Part shown: positions 25,606 through 35,880 of the stretch, in pieces
Layout of the letters: each line of letters starts with the position of its first letter
How positions within the stretch are numbered: position 1 is the first letter of the stretch
Made by a program: the position numbers and the translations under genes
Assembly (NCBI GenBank): GCA_050742695.1
Contig: JBOIGK010000800.1
Location: forward strand, 1 to 40,762
Reading direction: 5' to 3'
DNA length: 40,762 nucleotides
Origin: Advenella sp.
GTDB taxonomy: Bacteria; Pseudomonadota; Gammaproteobacteria; Burkholderiales; Burkholderiaceae_B
The notes under the pieces: model-generated
What the model was told of the DNA's origin: nothing
The model's input: only the letters and a program-made list of their open reading frames with translations
Database searches by the model: none

Positions 25606-25919
25606 GCCAAGTCTACGACCAGGAAGATAACGAGCAGCGATTAGAAGAGGAAGAGAGGAAGGCCTCGGAACTGGCAAAACGTGATGATCAGGACATTGAA
25701 AACATCATGAACACAGTTTCTGGCCGGCGTTTCATCTGGTCGCTGCTGGAAGAAACAAAGGTGTTCGCCTCCAGTTTCACCGGAGACAACAACGCAACGA
25801 ATTTTAATGAAGGCCAACGTAACGCCGGTCTTCGCGTATTCAGCAACGTGATGCGCGTCTGCCCTGATATGTGGCTTGTGATGGCGAAAGAAGCGAAAGA
25901 GGAAGACGGCAATGCCTAG
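25602..25919 (+). CDS. Conserved head-gene-cluster protein (Bbp19-like)
   Basis: GRRFIWSLL, FNEGQRNAGL. Confidence 0.75.
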   Translation: MSQVYDQEDNEQRLEEEERKASELAKRDDQDIENIMNTVSGRRFIWSLLEETKVFASSFTGDNNATNFNEGQRNAGLRVFSNVMRVCPDMWLVMAKEAKEEDGNA

Positions 25920-26235
25920 AATTCAAACCCAGCGTATCGCCCGCCTTGATGGCGGAAATCAAATCGTAGAAGTGGTCGATGAATCCGGCGCTTCTATCCC
26001 TGCCCCAACGGCATCGACTGCTGGCGGCGTGAAGCTGGGCGCAACAATTGCGGCAGCTGCTGCTGCGACGGCAACCGCTGATACAGCATCGGTAGCGACT
26101 GATGTTGCTGGCCTGCTCGCTGACCACAACGACCTGGTCAACAAATACAACGCATTACTGGCTGACACCGCATTAATTCGTACAGCCCTGAATGCCGTGC
26201 TGGCGCAGTTAAAAGCACAAACCATTCCGATCTGA
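25912..26235 (+). CDS. Putative head fibre/decoration protein
   Basis: A...AGGVK...ATDVAGL..D.N...YNALLA..L motif. Confidence 0.55.
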   Translation: MPRIQTQRIARLDGGNQIVEVVDESGASIPAPTASTAGGVKLGATIAAAAAATATADTASVATDVAGLLADHNDLVNKYNALLADTALIRTALNAVLAQLKAQTIPI

Positions 26236-26251
26236 TAACGGGGAAAGATAG

Positions 26252-27001
26252 ATGAATTTATTCGAACGTTTGGTGCTGCGCCGCCTTCAGTCTGCTGATG
26301 CAGGAGGTGACGCGGGCGGCGCTGCCGGTACTGACGCGCCAGCCGCATCAGTCGTCGAGGCTTCTGCTGATAAGCCTGCGGACCAATCCTCTGCGGTTGA
26401 TAAGCCTGTAACCACGGAGAAACCTGCTGTTGAAACTGAGAAGCCAGCAGCAGGGGAGAAGACTCCAGAACAACTGGCGCAGGAAAAGGATTTAGCGGAC
26501 AAGGCTGAGGCGGATAAAGAAGCCAAAGACAAAGCCGACAAAGTTCCGGAAAAGTACGAGTTCAAGTCGCCGGTAGAAGGCCAAGAGCTCGATGCTGAAA
26601 TGGCTGCCTCGCTTGATCCTGTAGCCCGTGAACTTGGCCTGAACAATGAGCAGGCTCAGAAGCTGGTAGATATCTACGGCAAAGACATCCTGCCGAAGAT
26701 TGAAGCGCGCCAGCAGGAGAACTGGGCGAAGCAAACCGAAGCCTGGGCGAATGAAGTTAAGACGGACAAAGAGATCGGCGGTGATGCCTTTGTTGCCAAC
26801 GTCGGTCTGGCTCAGAAGGCTCTCGATACGTTTGCCCCTGCCGGTCTGCGTGAATATTTGGAAACCACTGGGCTGGGGAATCACCCTGATCTGGTGCGTT
26901 GTTTCGTGAAAGTCGGTAAGGCCATGAGTGAAGACTCTATGGTCATGCCAAACACTGGTGGCCAGCGTAGTGCGGCCGATGTTCTGTACGGAAAAAACTG
27001 A
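26252..27001 (+). CDS. Capsid scaffolding protein
   Basis: Acidic low-complexity N-terminus, PEKYEF, GLGNHPDLVR.F.KVGKAMSED; upstream of MCP. Confidence 0.8.
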   Translation: MNLFERLVLRRLQSADAGGDAGGAAGTDAPAASVVEASADKPADQSSAVDKPVTTEKPAVETEKPAAGEKTPEQLAQEKDLADKAEADKEAKDKADKVPEKYEFKSPVEGQELDAEMAASLDPVARELGLNNEQAQKLVDIYGKDILPKIEARQQENWAKQTEAWANEVKTDKEIGGDAFVANVGLAQKALDTFAPAGLREYLETTGLGNHPDLVRCFVKVGKAMSEDSMVMPNTGGQRSAADVLYGKN

Positions 27002-27012
27002 GGAATTGACAT

Positions 27013-27996
27013 ATGGCTGTTAAAAGCACCACAGCGCTTACGCTGGCCGACTGGGGTAAACGTGTAGACCCAGAAGGGAAGATCGACAAAGTGACGGAGC
27101 TGTTATCCCAAACTAACCCGATTCTGACAGACATGCTTTACGTTGAAGGTAATTTGCCAACCGGTCACCGCACTACAGTGCGCACCGGCTTACCGATCGC
27201 CACCTGGCGTTTGCTGAACTACGGTGTGCCTAAAAGCAAATCAACTACCGCACAGGTAACTGATTCATGCGGCATGCTGGAAACGTATTCAGAAGTCGAT
27301 AAGTCCCTTGCTGATTTGAACGGTAACACGTCTGAATTCCGCCTGTCGGAAGACACCGCTTTCCTTGAAGCAATGAACCAGTCGATGGCATCTACCATTT
27401 TCTATGGTGATACCAGTGTTAACCCATCCCAATTTATGGGGATGTCTTCTCGTTATTCCAGTCTTTCGGCTGGTAATGCGCAGAACATTATCGATGCTGG
27501 CGGCACAGGCACAGATAATTCATCGATCTGGTTGATCGTCTGGGGTCAGAACACTGTTCATGGCACTTTCCCGAAAGGACAGAAAGCAGGTCTGCAACAT
27601 CAGGATCTGGGTGAGCAGACTCTTCAGGATGGAAATGGCGGGCAGTATCAGGGGTATCGCTCCCATTACAAATGGGACAACGGCTTAGTAGTTCGTGACT
27701 GGCGCTATGCGGTGCGCATCGCAAATATCGATGTCAGCGATTTGGACGCAACCACACCTGTAAACATCATCAAACTGATGATCAAAGCGGTGCACCGTAT
27801 TCCTAATCGCGGGATGGGCAAGCCTGTGTTCTACATGACCCGGACCCTGAATGAATACCTCGATATTCAGTCATTGGACAAAGCCTCTCTGGCTCTGTCA
27901 GTGAAAGAAACCGAAGGGGAATTCTGGACCACATTCCGTAACATTCCGATCCGCGAAACTGACGCGCTTCTGGAAACCGAAGCACGCGTTGTTTAA
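27013..27996 (+). CDS. Major capsid protein
   Basis: ALTLADWGKRVDP, EGNLPTGHRTTVRTGLP, VRDWRY.VRIANID (epsilon15 gp7/BPP-1 type). Confidence 0.95.
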   Translation: MAVKSTTALTLADWGKRVDPEGKIDKVTELLSQTNPILTDMLYVEGNLPTGHRTTVRTGLPIATWRLLNYGVPKSKSTTAQVTDSCGMLETYSEVDKSLADLNGNTSEFRLSEDTAFLEAMNQSMASTIFYGDTSVNPSQFMGMSSRYSSLSAGNAQNIIDAGGTGTDNSSIWLIVWGQNTVHGTFPKGQKAGLQHQDLGEQTLQDGNGGQYQGYRSHYKWDNGLVVRDWRYAVRIANIDVSDLDATTPVNIIKLMIKAVHRIPNRGMGKPVFYMTRTLNEYLDIQSLDKASLALSVKETEGEFWTTFRNIPIRETDALLETEARVV

Positions 27997-28051
27997 CCGC
28001 TGACCTTAACTGATGGGCTGCTGATGTAGCCCACTCATTGGAGAAAGAAAG

Positions 28052-28486
28052 ATGATCCTCGACAAACTGTTGATGTTCTCCGAAGCGCAGGCGGTTACCG
28101 CTACAGCCGCTTCAACCGATGTAATTGACCTGAGCCCGATGAAAGGAACCAAGCGTGATATCGGCGTGGGCGAGCCTCTGGAATTCTGGGCTACCGTCAA
28201 TACCACTGCTACCGCAGACGGTGCCGCGACCTTGAACGTTCAGCTGCAAACCAGTGCCGATAACTCAGCCTGGGTAACTTTGTATGACAGTGGAACTCTG
28301 GCACTGGCCTCACTGACAGCAGGTAAACGAATTCTGTCTACCAAGGTTCCTGCAGGGGTTCTGAAATATCTCCGCGTGAACTATGTCGTGGCAACCGGTC
28401 CACTTACCGCTGGTGCGTTCACTGCTGGTATCAACCTCGATGTGGATGCGAACTACAGCTACCCATCAGGCTTCACCGTTAAATAA
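28052..28486 (+). CDS. Bbp16-like capsid cement protein
   Basis: MILDKLLMFSEAQAVTATAASTDVIDL...YLRVNY.V..GP.TAG. Confidence 0.8.
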   Translation: MILDKLLMFSEAQAVTATAASTDVIDLSPMKGTKRDIGVGEPLEFWATVNTTATADGAATLNVQLQTSADNSAWVTLYDSGTLALASLTAGKRILSTKVPAGVLKYLRVNYVVATGPLTAGAFTAGINLDVDANYSYPSGFTVK

Positions 28487-28497
28487 CAGGGGGCAAC

Positions 28498-28872
28498 ATG
28501 TCAGAAGTTGCACGTTACAAAATCCTGGCCACTTCATACATCAATAAACAGATTTTGTTTGTGGGTGATGAAGTGGAATACGACGGTAAGCCGGGCAGCG
28601 CGCTGGAGCCGATCAACGATGCGGCGAAAGAAGCGAAGAAAAAGGCTGATAAGAACTATGTCGAGCAAAAGCCCGAAGGCGGTGGTGAGGTCGTGAACGA
28701 TTCTGACGACAAACCAAAAACCGAAGGCGATGGTTCTAATCAGGCCGATGTCGATCTGGCTGCTTTGCGTGATGAGTACCAAGCGTTATTCAACACTGCG
28801 CCGCATCCGGCCATGAAGGCTGACACCATGAAAACCAAAATTGCTGAAAAGCGCGCTGAGTTAGGCGTTTAA
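28498..28872 (+). CDS. Hypothetical virion-cluster protein
   Basis: SYIN...GDEVEYDGKPGSALEPINDAA. Confidence 0.75.
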   Translation: MSEVARYKILATSYINKQILFVGDEVEYDGKPGSALEPINDAAKEAKKKADKNYVEQKPEGGGEVVNDSDDKPKTEGDGSNQADVDLAALRDEYQALFNTAPHPAMKADTMKTKIAEKRAELGV

Positions 28873-28885
28873 CAGCTACTTCCTG

Positions 28886-28904
28886 AAGGGGCGAAAGCCC
28901 CTTT
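28886..28904 (+). terminator. GNRA hairpin / weak terminator
   Basis: AAGGGGC-GAAA-GCCCCTT-T. Confidence 0.55.
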
Positions 28905-28922
28905 ACTCTCCGGAGCATCGAC

Positions 28923-29252
28923 ATGAAACAACCGCAGATGGTCAATCTCAAGCAAGGTACAGACAGCTTTGAAAATGAAGAAGGGAAGACTGTCGAGCGT
29001 GACGATTACCCGTGGGGTCTTCGTATCACTCTCAACAATGAAACCCTGAAAAAACTGGGTATCTCTTTGCCAAAGGTCGGTGCTGAAATGATGTTGGCCG
29101 GCAAGGTGAAGGTTTTGTCCACCAGCACACGTGAAGATGGCGATGACTCCTACAGCAGCGTCGAAATGCAGATAACCGACATCGGCCTGATGGATGAAGC
29201 CGCAGAGCCACAGAAGACCGCAGCTGACACGTTATACGGGAGCGATGCGTAA
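28923..29252 (+). CDS. Capsid staple protein (epsilon15 gp10-like)
   Basis: VNLK.GTDSF, YPWGLRITL.NE.L..LG, VEMQITDIGL match recalled gp10. Confidence 0.82.
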   Translation: MKQPQMVNLKQGTDSFENEEGKTVERDDYPWGLRITLNNETLKKLGISLPKVGAEMMLAGKVKVLSTSTREDGDDSYSSVEMQITDIGLMDEAAEPQKTAADTLYGSDA

Positions 29253-29857
29253 TGGCCTCAGTTATCCAGATCTGCAATATCGCGCTGATGCGTATCGGCA
29301 GCTCACGCACCATCAACAGCCTGAGCGAGCAGAGTAAGCAGGCCGATGTTGCCAACGTATTCTATGAGTCCTCACGCGACACTGTGCTGAGCGACTTCGA
29401 TTGGAACTTTGCATCCAAGCGCGTCGTTCTTGCTGATCTGGATACACCATCAACCGACTGGCAGTTTGCATATCGTTACCCGACAGACTGCATGCGCATT
29501 ACAGAAATCATGACACCTGGCATTCGTTATCCGGCTCCGGGCATGCGGGTGACATACGAGGTGGGATCAGACGCCGCGGGTACTGGGAGAATAATCTACA
29601 CAAACCAGCCTGAAGCCCAACTGCGTTACGTTGGCAAGATCACTGATCCGAACATGTTTGATGCGCAGTTCGCCGACGCCCTGAGCTGGAAGCTGGCAGC
29701 GGAATTTGCAATGCCACTGGCGGCATCTGGAGATCTCGGTAATAAGGCGTTGCAGATGTACAACGCAATGGTACTGGCTGGTGTGGCGCATTCGAATAAT
29801 GAATCTCAGGAGCCACTTGTACCGGAATCGGAGTTCACCATAGCGAGGTTGTCATAA
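29252..29857 (+). CDS. Tail adaptor (T7 gp11-like)
   Basis: QICNIAL..IG, WNFA, AYRYPTDC, FADALSWKLA. Confidence 0.82.
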   Translation: MASVIQICNIALMRIGSSRTINSLSEQSKQADVANVFYESSRDTVLSDFDWNFASKRVVLADLDTPSTDWQFAYRYPTDCMRITEIMTPGIRYPAPGMRVTYEVGSDAAGTGRIIYTNQPEAQLRYVGKITDPNMFDAQFADALSWKLAAEFAMPLAASGDLGNKALQMYNAMVLAGVAHSNNESQEPLVPESEFTIARLS

Positions 29858-32316
29858 TGGCCGTGAGTGCAATGCAGGCATCATTTGCTGGTGGTGAAAT
29901 CTCCCCAAACCTTTACGGCCGCGTTGACCTTGAGCGCTACGCCAGTTCACTGCGCCGCTGCCGTAACTTCATGGTGCGCCAGTTCGGCGGCGTTGATAAC
30001 CGCGCAGGATTCCGCTTCCTTGGTGAAGCAAAAAACTCATCGCAGAAGTGCCGGTTAATCCCGTTCCAATTTTCCGTAAGCCAGACCTTTGCGCTGGAGT
30101 TTGGTGCAGGTTACGTTCGCATCTGGGCAAACGGCGCGCCTGTTGTTTACTCAACTGGTCCGAATGTTGGCCAGCCGGTGGAAGTAGTGACACCTTACGC
30201 AGAAGCTGATTTGTTTATGCTTAAGTTCACACAGTCTGCTGACGTGATGACTATCTGCCATGCCAATTATCCGCCGATGGAGATCCGCCGGTATGGCAAT
30301 GAAGACTGGCGCACGGCACTGGTCAGCACAAACGACGGTCCATTTCAGGACGGCAACATCGATGAGGCGGTCACAGTGACCGCCTCCGGAGAAACCGGAA
30401 CCGTAACGTTGACATCCACCAGCGCGATATTCACCGCTGAGCAGGTGGGAGCGCTGTTCTTCATTGAACAACTTAACACTGGCGATATCGCGAAGTGGGA
30501 AACATCTAAGACCGTAACTCTCGGTCAGCAAATTCGATACTCCACCAATTATTACGAATGCACCCGAGCAGGTAAAACAGGCACGGTAGCGCCGACACAT
30601 ACATCAGGCAGCGCATTGGATGGCTGGTATGGAGATGATAACAGTGTCGAATGGCTCTACATCCACAGCGGAAATGGCATTGCTAAAATCACAGCCGTAG
30701 CCGGTGATGGCCTGACTGCCACTGCAGATGTCATTAATCGACTGCCGAAAGACCTGGTCACTACGCCAAGCTATAAATGGGCGAAATTTGCATGGAACAG
30801 CGTCGATGGTTATCCATCTACTGTGGTTTATTTCCAACAGCGCCTGATGTTCGCCGCTTCAAAATCTTTCCCACAAACGGTATGGACCAGTAAGAGTGGA
30901 GACTATAAAGACTTCGGGACCTCTGTTCCGTCTGTCGACGATGATGCGATCAGTTATACATACGCCGGTCGGCAGCTGAATAAAATCCTGCACCTCATAG
31001 ATGTTGGATCACTGGTCGCGCTGACATCCGGTGGTGAGTACAAGGTCAACGGGGATCAGACAAATACGCTCACGCCATCGACATTCAATTTCAGCTCTCA
31101 GGGGCAGAATGGCGCCAGCGATGTGCCGCCTATTGCAATAAGTAACGTGGCATTGTTCGTTCAGCAGAAGGGGGGCGCAGTGCGTGATCTGGCCTACTCG
31201 TTCGACGTGGACGGATTCCAGGGGTCTGACCTGACCATTCTGGCAAACCATTTGTTTATCGGTCACCAAATTGTGGACTGGGCCTTTGCCATCACGCCGT
31301 TCAGCATTGTCTGGTGCATCCGGGATGACGGCCTGCTCATGGGGTTGACGTATCTGCGCGACCAACAGGTTGTAGCCTGGCATCCGCACCCGGCAACAAA
31401 CGGATATTACGAATCGGTATGCAGCATCAGTGAAGGTAATGAAGACGGTGTGTATGCCGTTGTGCGCCGCGTTATTAACGGGCAGACAAAGCGCTACATC
31501 GAGCGCCTCGACTCCCGAATTTTCTCTGACATCAGCGATTCATTCATCGTTGACAGCGGGCTGAGTTACGACGGTCGTAATACCGATCCATCCCGAACTG
31601 TGACACTCACCGGTGGAAGTGGAGACTGGGATTACCGCACTGATTACACACTGACAATTAGCGGCGCGAGTTACTTTGTGCCGGGTAATGTCGATGATGA
31701 AATCCTTCTGCCATATACGGAAGACGCGACAGACAAGATCCTGAAGCTTCTTATTGTCGCGGTGAGCAGTGGCAATGTGGTGACAGTGCGTGCAAACAGA
31801 AACGTTCCTGCACAATTTCAGGGTGTGTCCACTGCGTCATGGAATATGGCGAAAGCTAATTTTTCCGGCCTGTCTCACCTCGAAGGACAGACTGTCAGCA
31901 TTCTTTCAGACAGCAATGTCGAACCTCAAAAGGTCGTTACCAGCGGTTCTATTTCTCTGGAAACACCAGGTGCTGTAGTGCATGTCGGGTTGCCGATTAA
32001 CGCAGTTATTGAAACGCTGGATATCAATTTCGCCGGTCAGGAAACCATTCTCGATAAGAAAAAAATCATCAACAAAGCCGACATCATGGTTCAGGACAGC
32101 CGCGGTATTTTCGCCGGAACGCCGGGCGGGAAGATGTACGAATATCCTCAGCGTGAGTTTGAGTTTTATGATGACCCGGTCAGTAATAAAACCGGACTGG
32201 TTACTGTTGACCTCGATTCAGAATGGGACAAATCAGGCCGCGTAATTGTCAGTCAGTCGGATCCGCTTCCTCTCTCAATTCTCTCGATCATCCCGAAAAT
32301 AACGGTGGGTGGCTGA
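29857..32316 (+). CDS. Tail nozzle (T7 gp12-like)
   Basis: SFAGGEISP.LYGRVD, YPSTVVYFQQRL.FA, AWH.H; 819 aa. Confidence 0.88.
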   Translation: MAVSAMQASFAGGEISPNLYGRVDLERYASSLRRCRNFMVRQFGGVDNRAGFRFLGEAKNSSQKCRLIPFQFSVSQTFALEFGAGYVRIWANGAPVVYSTGPNVGQPVEVVTPYAEADLFMLKFTQSADVMTICHANYPPMEIRRYGNEDWRTALVSTNDGPFQDGNIDEAVTVTASGETGTVTLTSTSAIFTAEQVGALFFIEQLNTGDIAKWETSKTVTLGQQIRYSTNYYECTRAGKTGTVAPTHTSGSALDGWYGDDNSVEWLYIHSGNGIAKITAVAGDGLTATADVINRLPKDLVTTPSYKWAKFAWNSVDGYPSTVVYFQQRLMFAASKSFPQTVWTSKSGDYKDFGTSVPSVDDDAISYTYAGRQLNKILHLIDVGSLVALTSGGEYKVNGDQTNTLTPSTFNFSSQGQNGASDVPPIAISNVALFVQQKGGAVRDLAYSFDVDGFQGSDLTILANHLFIGHQIVDWAFAITPFSIVWCIRDDGLLMGLTYLRDQQVVAWHPHPATNGYYESVCSISEGNEDGVYAVVRRVINGQTKRYIERLDSRIFSDISDSFIVDSGLSYDGRNTDPSRTVTLTGGSGDWDYRTDYTLTISGASYFVPGNVDDEILLPYTEDATDKILKLLIVAVSSGNVVTVRANRNVPAQFQGVSTASWNMAKANFSGLSHLEGQTVSILSDSNVEPQKVVTSGSISLETPGAVVHVGLPINAVIETLDINFAGQETILDKKKIINKADIMVQDSRGIFAGTPGGKMYEYPQREFEFYDDPVSNKTGLVTVDLDSEWDKSGRVIVSQSDPLPLSILSIIPKITVGG

Positions 32317-32317
32317 T

Positions 32318-32782
32318 ATGCGTAAAGTCGAAATCGTACCGGCCACAGAGCAGCACGCAGCGGAGATGCTGCCTTTCATTCGTCAGGCGGATATTGATGA
32401 ATTCTATGCTGCTGCACTGATCAATCCGGATGAAGTGCTGCGCCGTTCCATGAGCGCATCATCAATCTGCTGGGCTGGCCTCATCGATGGTGAGGTCGTA
32501 GGGATCTTTGGTGTATGCCCTGCATCAATGCTTACCGGCTTCGGGGCCCCCTGGCTGGTAGGCACCGACAGACTGGAGAAAGTGCAGGTAACTTTCCTTC
32601 GTCATTGTCGCCCGGTGTTGGCACAAATGCTGGCGCTGTATCCCCGTCTCGAAAACTTTGTTGATGCCCGCAACACCGCCGCGAAATCGTGGCTGCACTG
32701 GCTTGGCTTCACGCTTAATGAAGCGCAACCGTATGGCGCGCTGCAATTACCTTTCCACCATTTCCATCTGAGGGCTGAATAA
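32318..32782 (+). CDS. T7 gp13-like (GNAT-fold) virion assembly protein
   Basis: IRQADIDE, PWLVGT, LENFVDARN..A..WL.WLGF. Confidence 0.78.
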   Translation: MRKVEIVPATEQHAAEMLPFIRQADIDEFYAAALINPDEVLRRSMSASSICWAGLIDGEVVGIFGVCPASMLTGFGAPWLVGTDRLEKVQVTFLRHCRPVLAQMLALYPRLENFVDARNTAAKSWLHWLGFTLNEAQPYGALQLPFHHFHLRAE

Positions 32783-33348
32783 TGTGTGAGCCAACCACAG
32801 CAATTCTTGCGATCACCGCAATCACCGCTGCCGTGTCAGCCGCCAGCGCTGTGAAGCAGGGCAATGACGCGAAGAAGGTTGCTAACGCGAATGCTGATGC
32901 GCAAGAACAGGCAGGACGAGACGCGGTAAACGCTGGGAATGCTCAGGCAGAGCAGCAGCGCCAACAGGGGCGTCAGTTAGCTGGCAGGCAGGCTGCCGCC
33001 TTTGGTGCCAACGGTACTGATATGACCTCCGGATCGGCGCTGAATACCTTCGGCGATACAGCATCAGGCACTGAACTGGATGCGCTGACAACCATCAACA
33101 ACGCACAGCGTCAGGCTGCCGGTCTGGATTTTCAAGCCAGCGCCAGCCGTGCGCAGGGGCAGATTGACCAGAACGCCGGATACTCAAAGGCTGGTTCAAC
33201 AATTCTGAATGCAACGCTGTCGGGATTTTCTGCCTACCAGACAATGGGGCTTGGCGCTTCAGCTGCATCATCCGGCACTGGCTCATCAACCAACATGTTC
33301 ACAGCTGCCAGCAAACAGAAATACGGAACAAACGCATTCACATTCTAA
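32782..33348 (+). CDS. Small internal/ejection protein
   Basis: MCEP start, Ala/Gln-rich, GRQ.AAFGANG.D..SGS. Confidence 0.78.
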   Translation: MCEPTTAILAITAITAAVSAASAVKQGNDAKKVANANADAQEQAGRDAVNAGNAQAEQQRQQGRQLAGRQAAAFGANGTDMTSGSALNTFGDTASGTELDALTTINNAQRQAAGLDFQASASRAQGQIDQNAGYSKAGSTILNATLSGFSAYQTMGLGASAASSGTGSSTNMFTAASKQKYGTNAFTF

Positions 33349-33357
33349 GGTGACTTC

Positions 33358-35880
33358 ATGCCAACAGTACCAGTCCCACGTTATGAGCAGCAGAGTGTAG
33401 ATCGCCCGGGCCCTGTCAATGTCGCCAACATTCAGCAGCGTCCAGGTGCGTTGGATGCTATCGCTGATTTTGGTCAGAATCTTTCCAACGTCATCGTTCA
33501 GGAAAAAGTAAAATACGACGACGGTCAGTTTCAGGATGCGGTTCTGAAACTGAACGCTGGCATGCAGGGGATCCAGTCGGCACAGAATCAACTGGAAGGC
33601 AGCAATGCTTTGGGCAGCGCGCCGAAAGCAGTCGGACAGTACCATGAACTGGCAAGCCAGTTGGCATCCTCTGTGCCTGCATCACGTCAGCGTGACTGGC
33701 AACGCCAAATGGAGTCTGGTGCAATTCAGCTATCTGGTGCTGCAGAACGTCATGAATACGGGCAGATGCAGCAATATCGTGCCGGCCAGCAACAGGCCAT
33801 CGTTGAAACCGGCGTGACTCAGGCTGCATCTCTGTATTCTGATCCTGCGGCTTATCAGCTAAATAACGCCCGCACTAAAAACTCCATCGAAACTTATGGC
33901 AGCGCTCAGGGTTGGTCACCGGAACAGATTCAGGCAGAGCAAACCAAATTCACTCAGCGTGCCGCACTGGGTGCTGCTAATTCGCAGCTTGGCTCTGATT
34001 ACATGGCCGTCATTACACAGAACGGCGAACCGGCAGACGTCGGCGGTACCACTCGCGTTTCATCAACTCAGGTGGTGGATGGTACCCGTGGCATACGAAA
34101 CAATAACCCGGGCAATATCGAGTTCAACGACAGCAACAGTTGGCAGGGTCAGACAGGTAGCGACGGGCGCTTTGCGAAATTCGAGACGCCTGAGCATGGG
34201 ATTCGTGCACTGGGTCGCAACCTGTTGTCATATGGAAAGCAAGGTTACGACACGCCAGCAGAGATCATTGGGCGCTGGGCACCACCCGGCAAGGATGGGA
34301 AAGAGAACGATACCCAGGCGTATATCAAAAGCGTATGTGCTCAGCTCGGTGTTACCGCTGATCAGCCACTCGACTTGACCAATGCCGACACGCTGGCAAA
34401 TCTGTGTAATGCCATCATGAAGCAGGAAAACGGCAAGGTGCCGTACAGTTCTGATCAGGTTAACAAAGGCGTACAGGCTGCTCTTGGGTTCTCGCAATTG
34501 GATACCGTTGCGCGTGTAACCAAAACCCCGTATTTCAATGAACTGGATGCCAGTACGCAGGCGACTGTGATCCGCCAGGCGGATGCTTTGCGAAAGCAGC
34601 AGCAGGCACAGTACCGCACTCAGCTGGATGATACCGTGCGCGATGCCTCTGCTGCGTATCTGCGTGGCGTTGAATATCCTAACATGCCGAGCCAGTCAGA
34701 TTTTGTGGCAGCGTATGGTTACCGTGAAGGCCAGCAGCGTTATCAGGATCTGGATAATCAGCGCCAAGCCGGTGAGTACATTGGGGCGTTTCGAACGCTG
34801 CCGACCGCCAGCATCAATGCTGCTGTGAAATCTCTCGAACCAACGGTCGCAGACGGCGACGGTTATGCATCCCGTGCCAGTGCCTATGACCATGTCAAAG
34901 CTGCGGCGGCTTCTGTTATTCAAAAGCGCCAGTCCGATCCCTATGGTTCCGCAATTGAACTGGGGGCATACAAACCATTGAGCACAAATAACCCGGATGA
35001 TGTTTCTAACGAAATCAAAAGCCGCTTCGCCAGCAGCGGTGATCTGAAGGCAATCGGCATTAACGCGCCTCTTCTATCTCAGCAGGAGGCCGCGGGTTTT
35101 ACGCAAATCATTCGCGGTACCACTAACGTCGACCAGACTATTTCAATGCTTCAGTCTATGGGACAGAACCTTCCGGCCGGTGCAATGCGTCAGGTGGCTG
35201 GCGCTGTGGCACCAAACAGTGCGGCAGTGGCCTATTCAGCGTTGTTACTGGGTAAGCCTGACAACCAATATGACAACCGGTCAGGCAGCATTGCGTACAG
35301 TGATTTCATTGCTTACAAGCCAACGATGGACAAATACGACGCATCGAAAACAATCCTGCTGGGGGATCAGTTGGTCAACCCTACGGACGAAATGAAAAAG
35401 GCAGGTATCACCCCGGTCAGCCTACCGAGCGACGACAAGTTGACGCGTAAATTCGATGATGAAGTGGGCAATGCATTTGCCAACAATCCGCAAGCACGCC
35501 AGATGGCCTTTGGAATTTACAAGTCTGCATATGCAGGGATCGTTTATCGCTCTGGTGATGCAAGTGACGCATCTACTGCCTCGGTGAATAGCGATGCCGC
35601 AGAGAAGGCTGCACTGATGGCAACAGGCGGTGTGTACAAAGGATTCCAGGGCGGTGATGTTGTCATGCCGTTTGGCATGGATAAGAGCACGTTTAAAGAC
35701 CGGTACACAGTGGCTGCACAGAACGCACTGAAAGACGCAGGGCTGAATCCTGCAGGGCAATCTAACTTCACACCAGTTAACGTTGGCAGTGGTCAGTATC
35801 GCCTTCTGTCCGGCAGTGGACGCTGGGCTGTTGACCCGCGCACAGGGAAAGAAGTCACCGTAACTGTGAGGGCTAACTGA
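33358..35880 (+). CDS. Ejection protein with lysozyme-like domain
   Basis: RGIRNNNPGNI..FAKFETPEHGIRAL..IIGRWAP..NDTQAYI. Confidence 0.8.
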   Translation: MPTVPVPRYEQQSVDRPGPVNVANIQQRPGALDAIADFGQNLSNVIVQEKVKYDDGQFQDAVLKLNAGMQGIQSAQNQLEGSNALGSAPKAVGQYHELASQLASSVPASRQRDWQRQMESGAIQLSGAAERHEYGQMQQYRAGQQQAIVETGVTQAASLYSDPAAYQLNNARTKNSIETYGSAQGWSPEQIQAEQTKFTQRAALGAANSQLGSDYMAVITQNGEPADVGGTTRVSSTQVVDGTRGIRNNNPGNIEFNDSNSWQGQTGSDGRFAKFETPEHGIRALGRNLLSYGKQGYDTPAEIIGRWAPPGKDGKENDTQAYIKSVCAQLGVTADQPLDLTNADTLANLCNAIMKQENGKVPYSSDQVNKGVQAALGFSQLDTVARVTKTPYFNELDASTQATVIRQADALRKQQQAQYRTQLDDTVRDASAAYLRGVEYPNMPSQSDFVAAYGYREGQQRYQDLDNQRQAGEYIGAFRTLPTASINAAVKSLEPTVADGDGYASRASAYDHVKAAAASVIQKRQSDPYGSAIELGAYKPLSTNNPDDVSNEIKSRFASSGDLKAIGINAPLLSQQEAAGFTQIIRGTTNVDQTISMLQSMGQNLPAGAMRQVAGAVAPNSAAVAYSALLLGKPDNQYDNRSGSIAYSDFIAYKPTMDKYDASKTILLGDQLVNPTDEMKKAGITPVSLPSDDKLTRKFDDEVGNAFANNPQARQMAFGIYKSAYAGIVYRSGDASDASTASVNSDAAEKAALMATGGVYKGFQGGDVVMPFGMDKSTFKDRYTVAAQNALKDAGLNPAGQSNFTPVNVGSGQYRLLSGSGRWAVDPRTGKEVTVTVRAN

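Noticed and set aside
27980..28040. T7-style MCP frameshift
   Set aside because: No slippery heptamer; the downstream hairpin is more likely a processing or stability element
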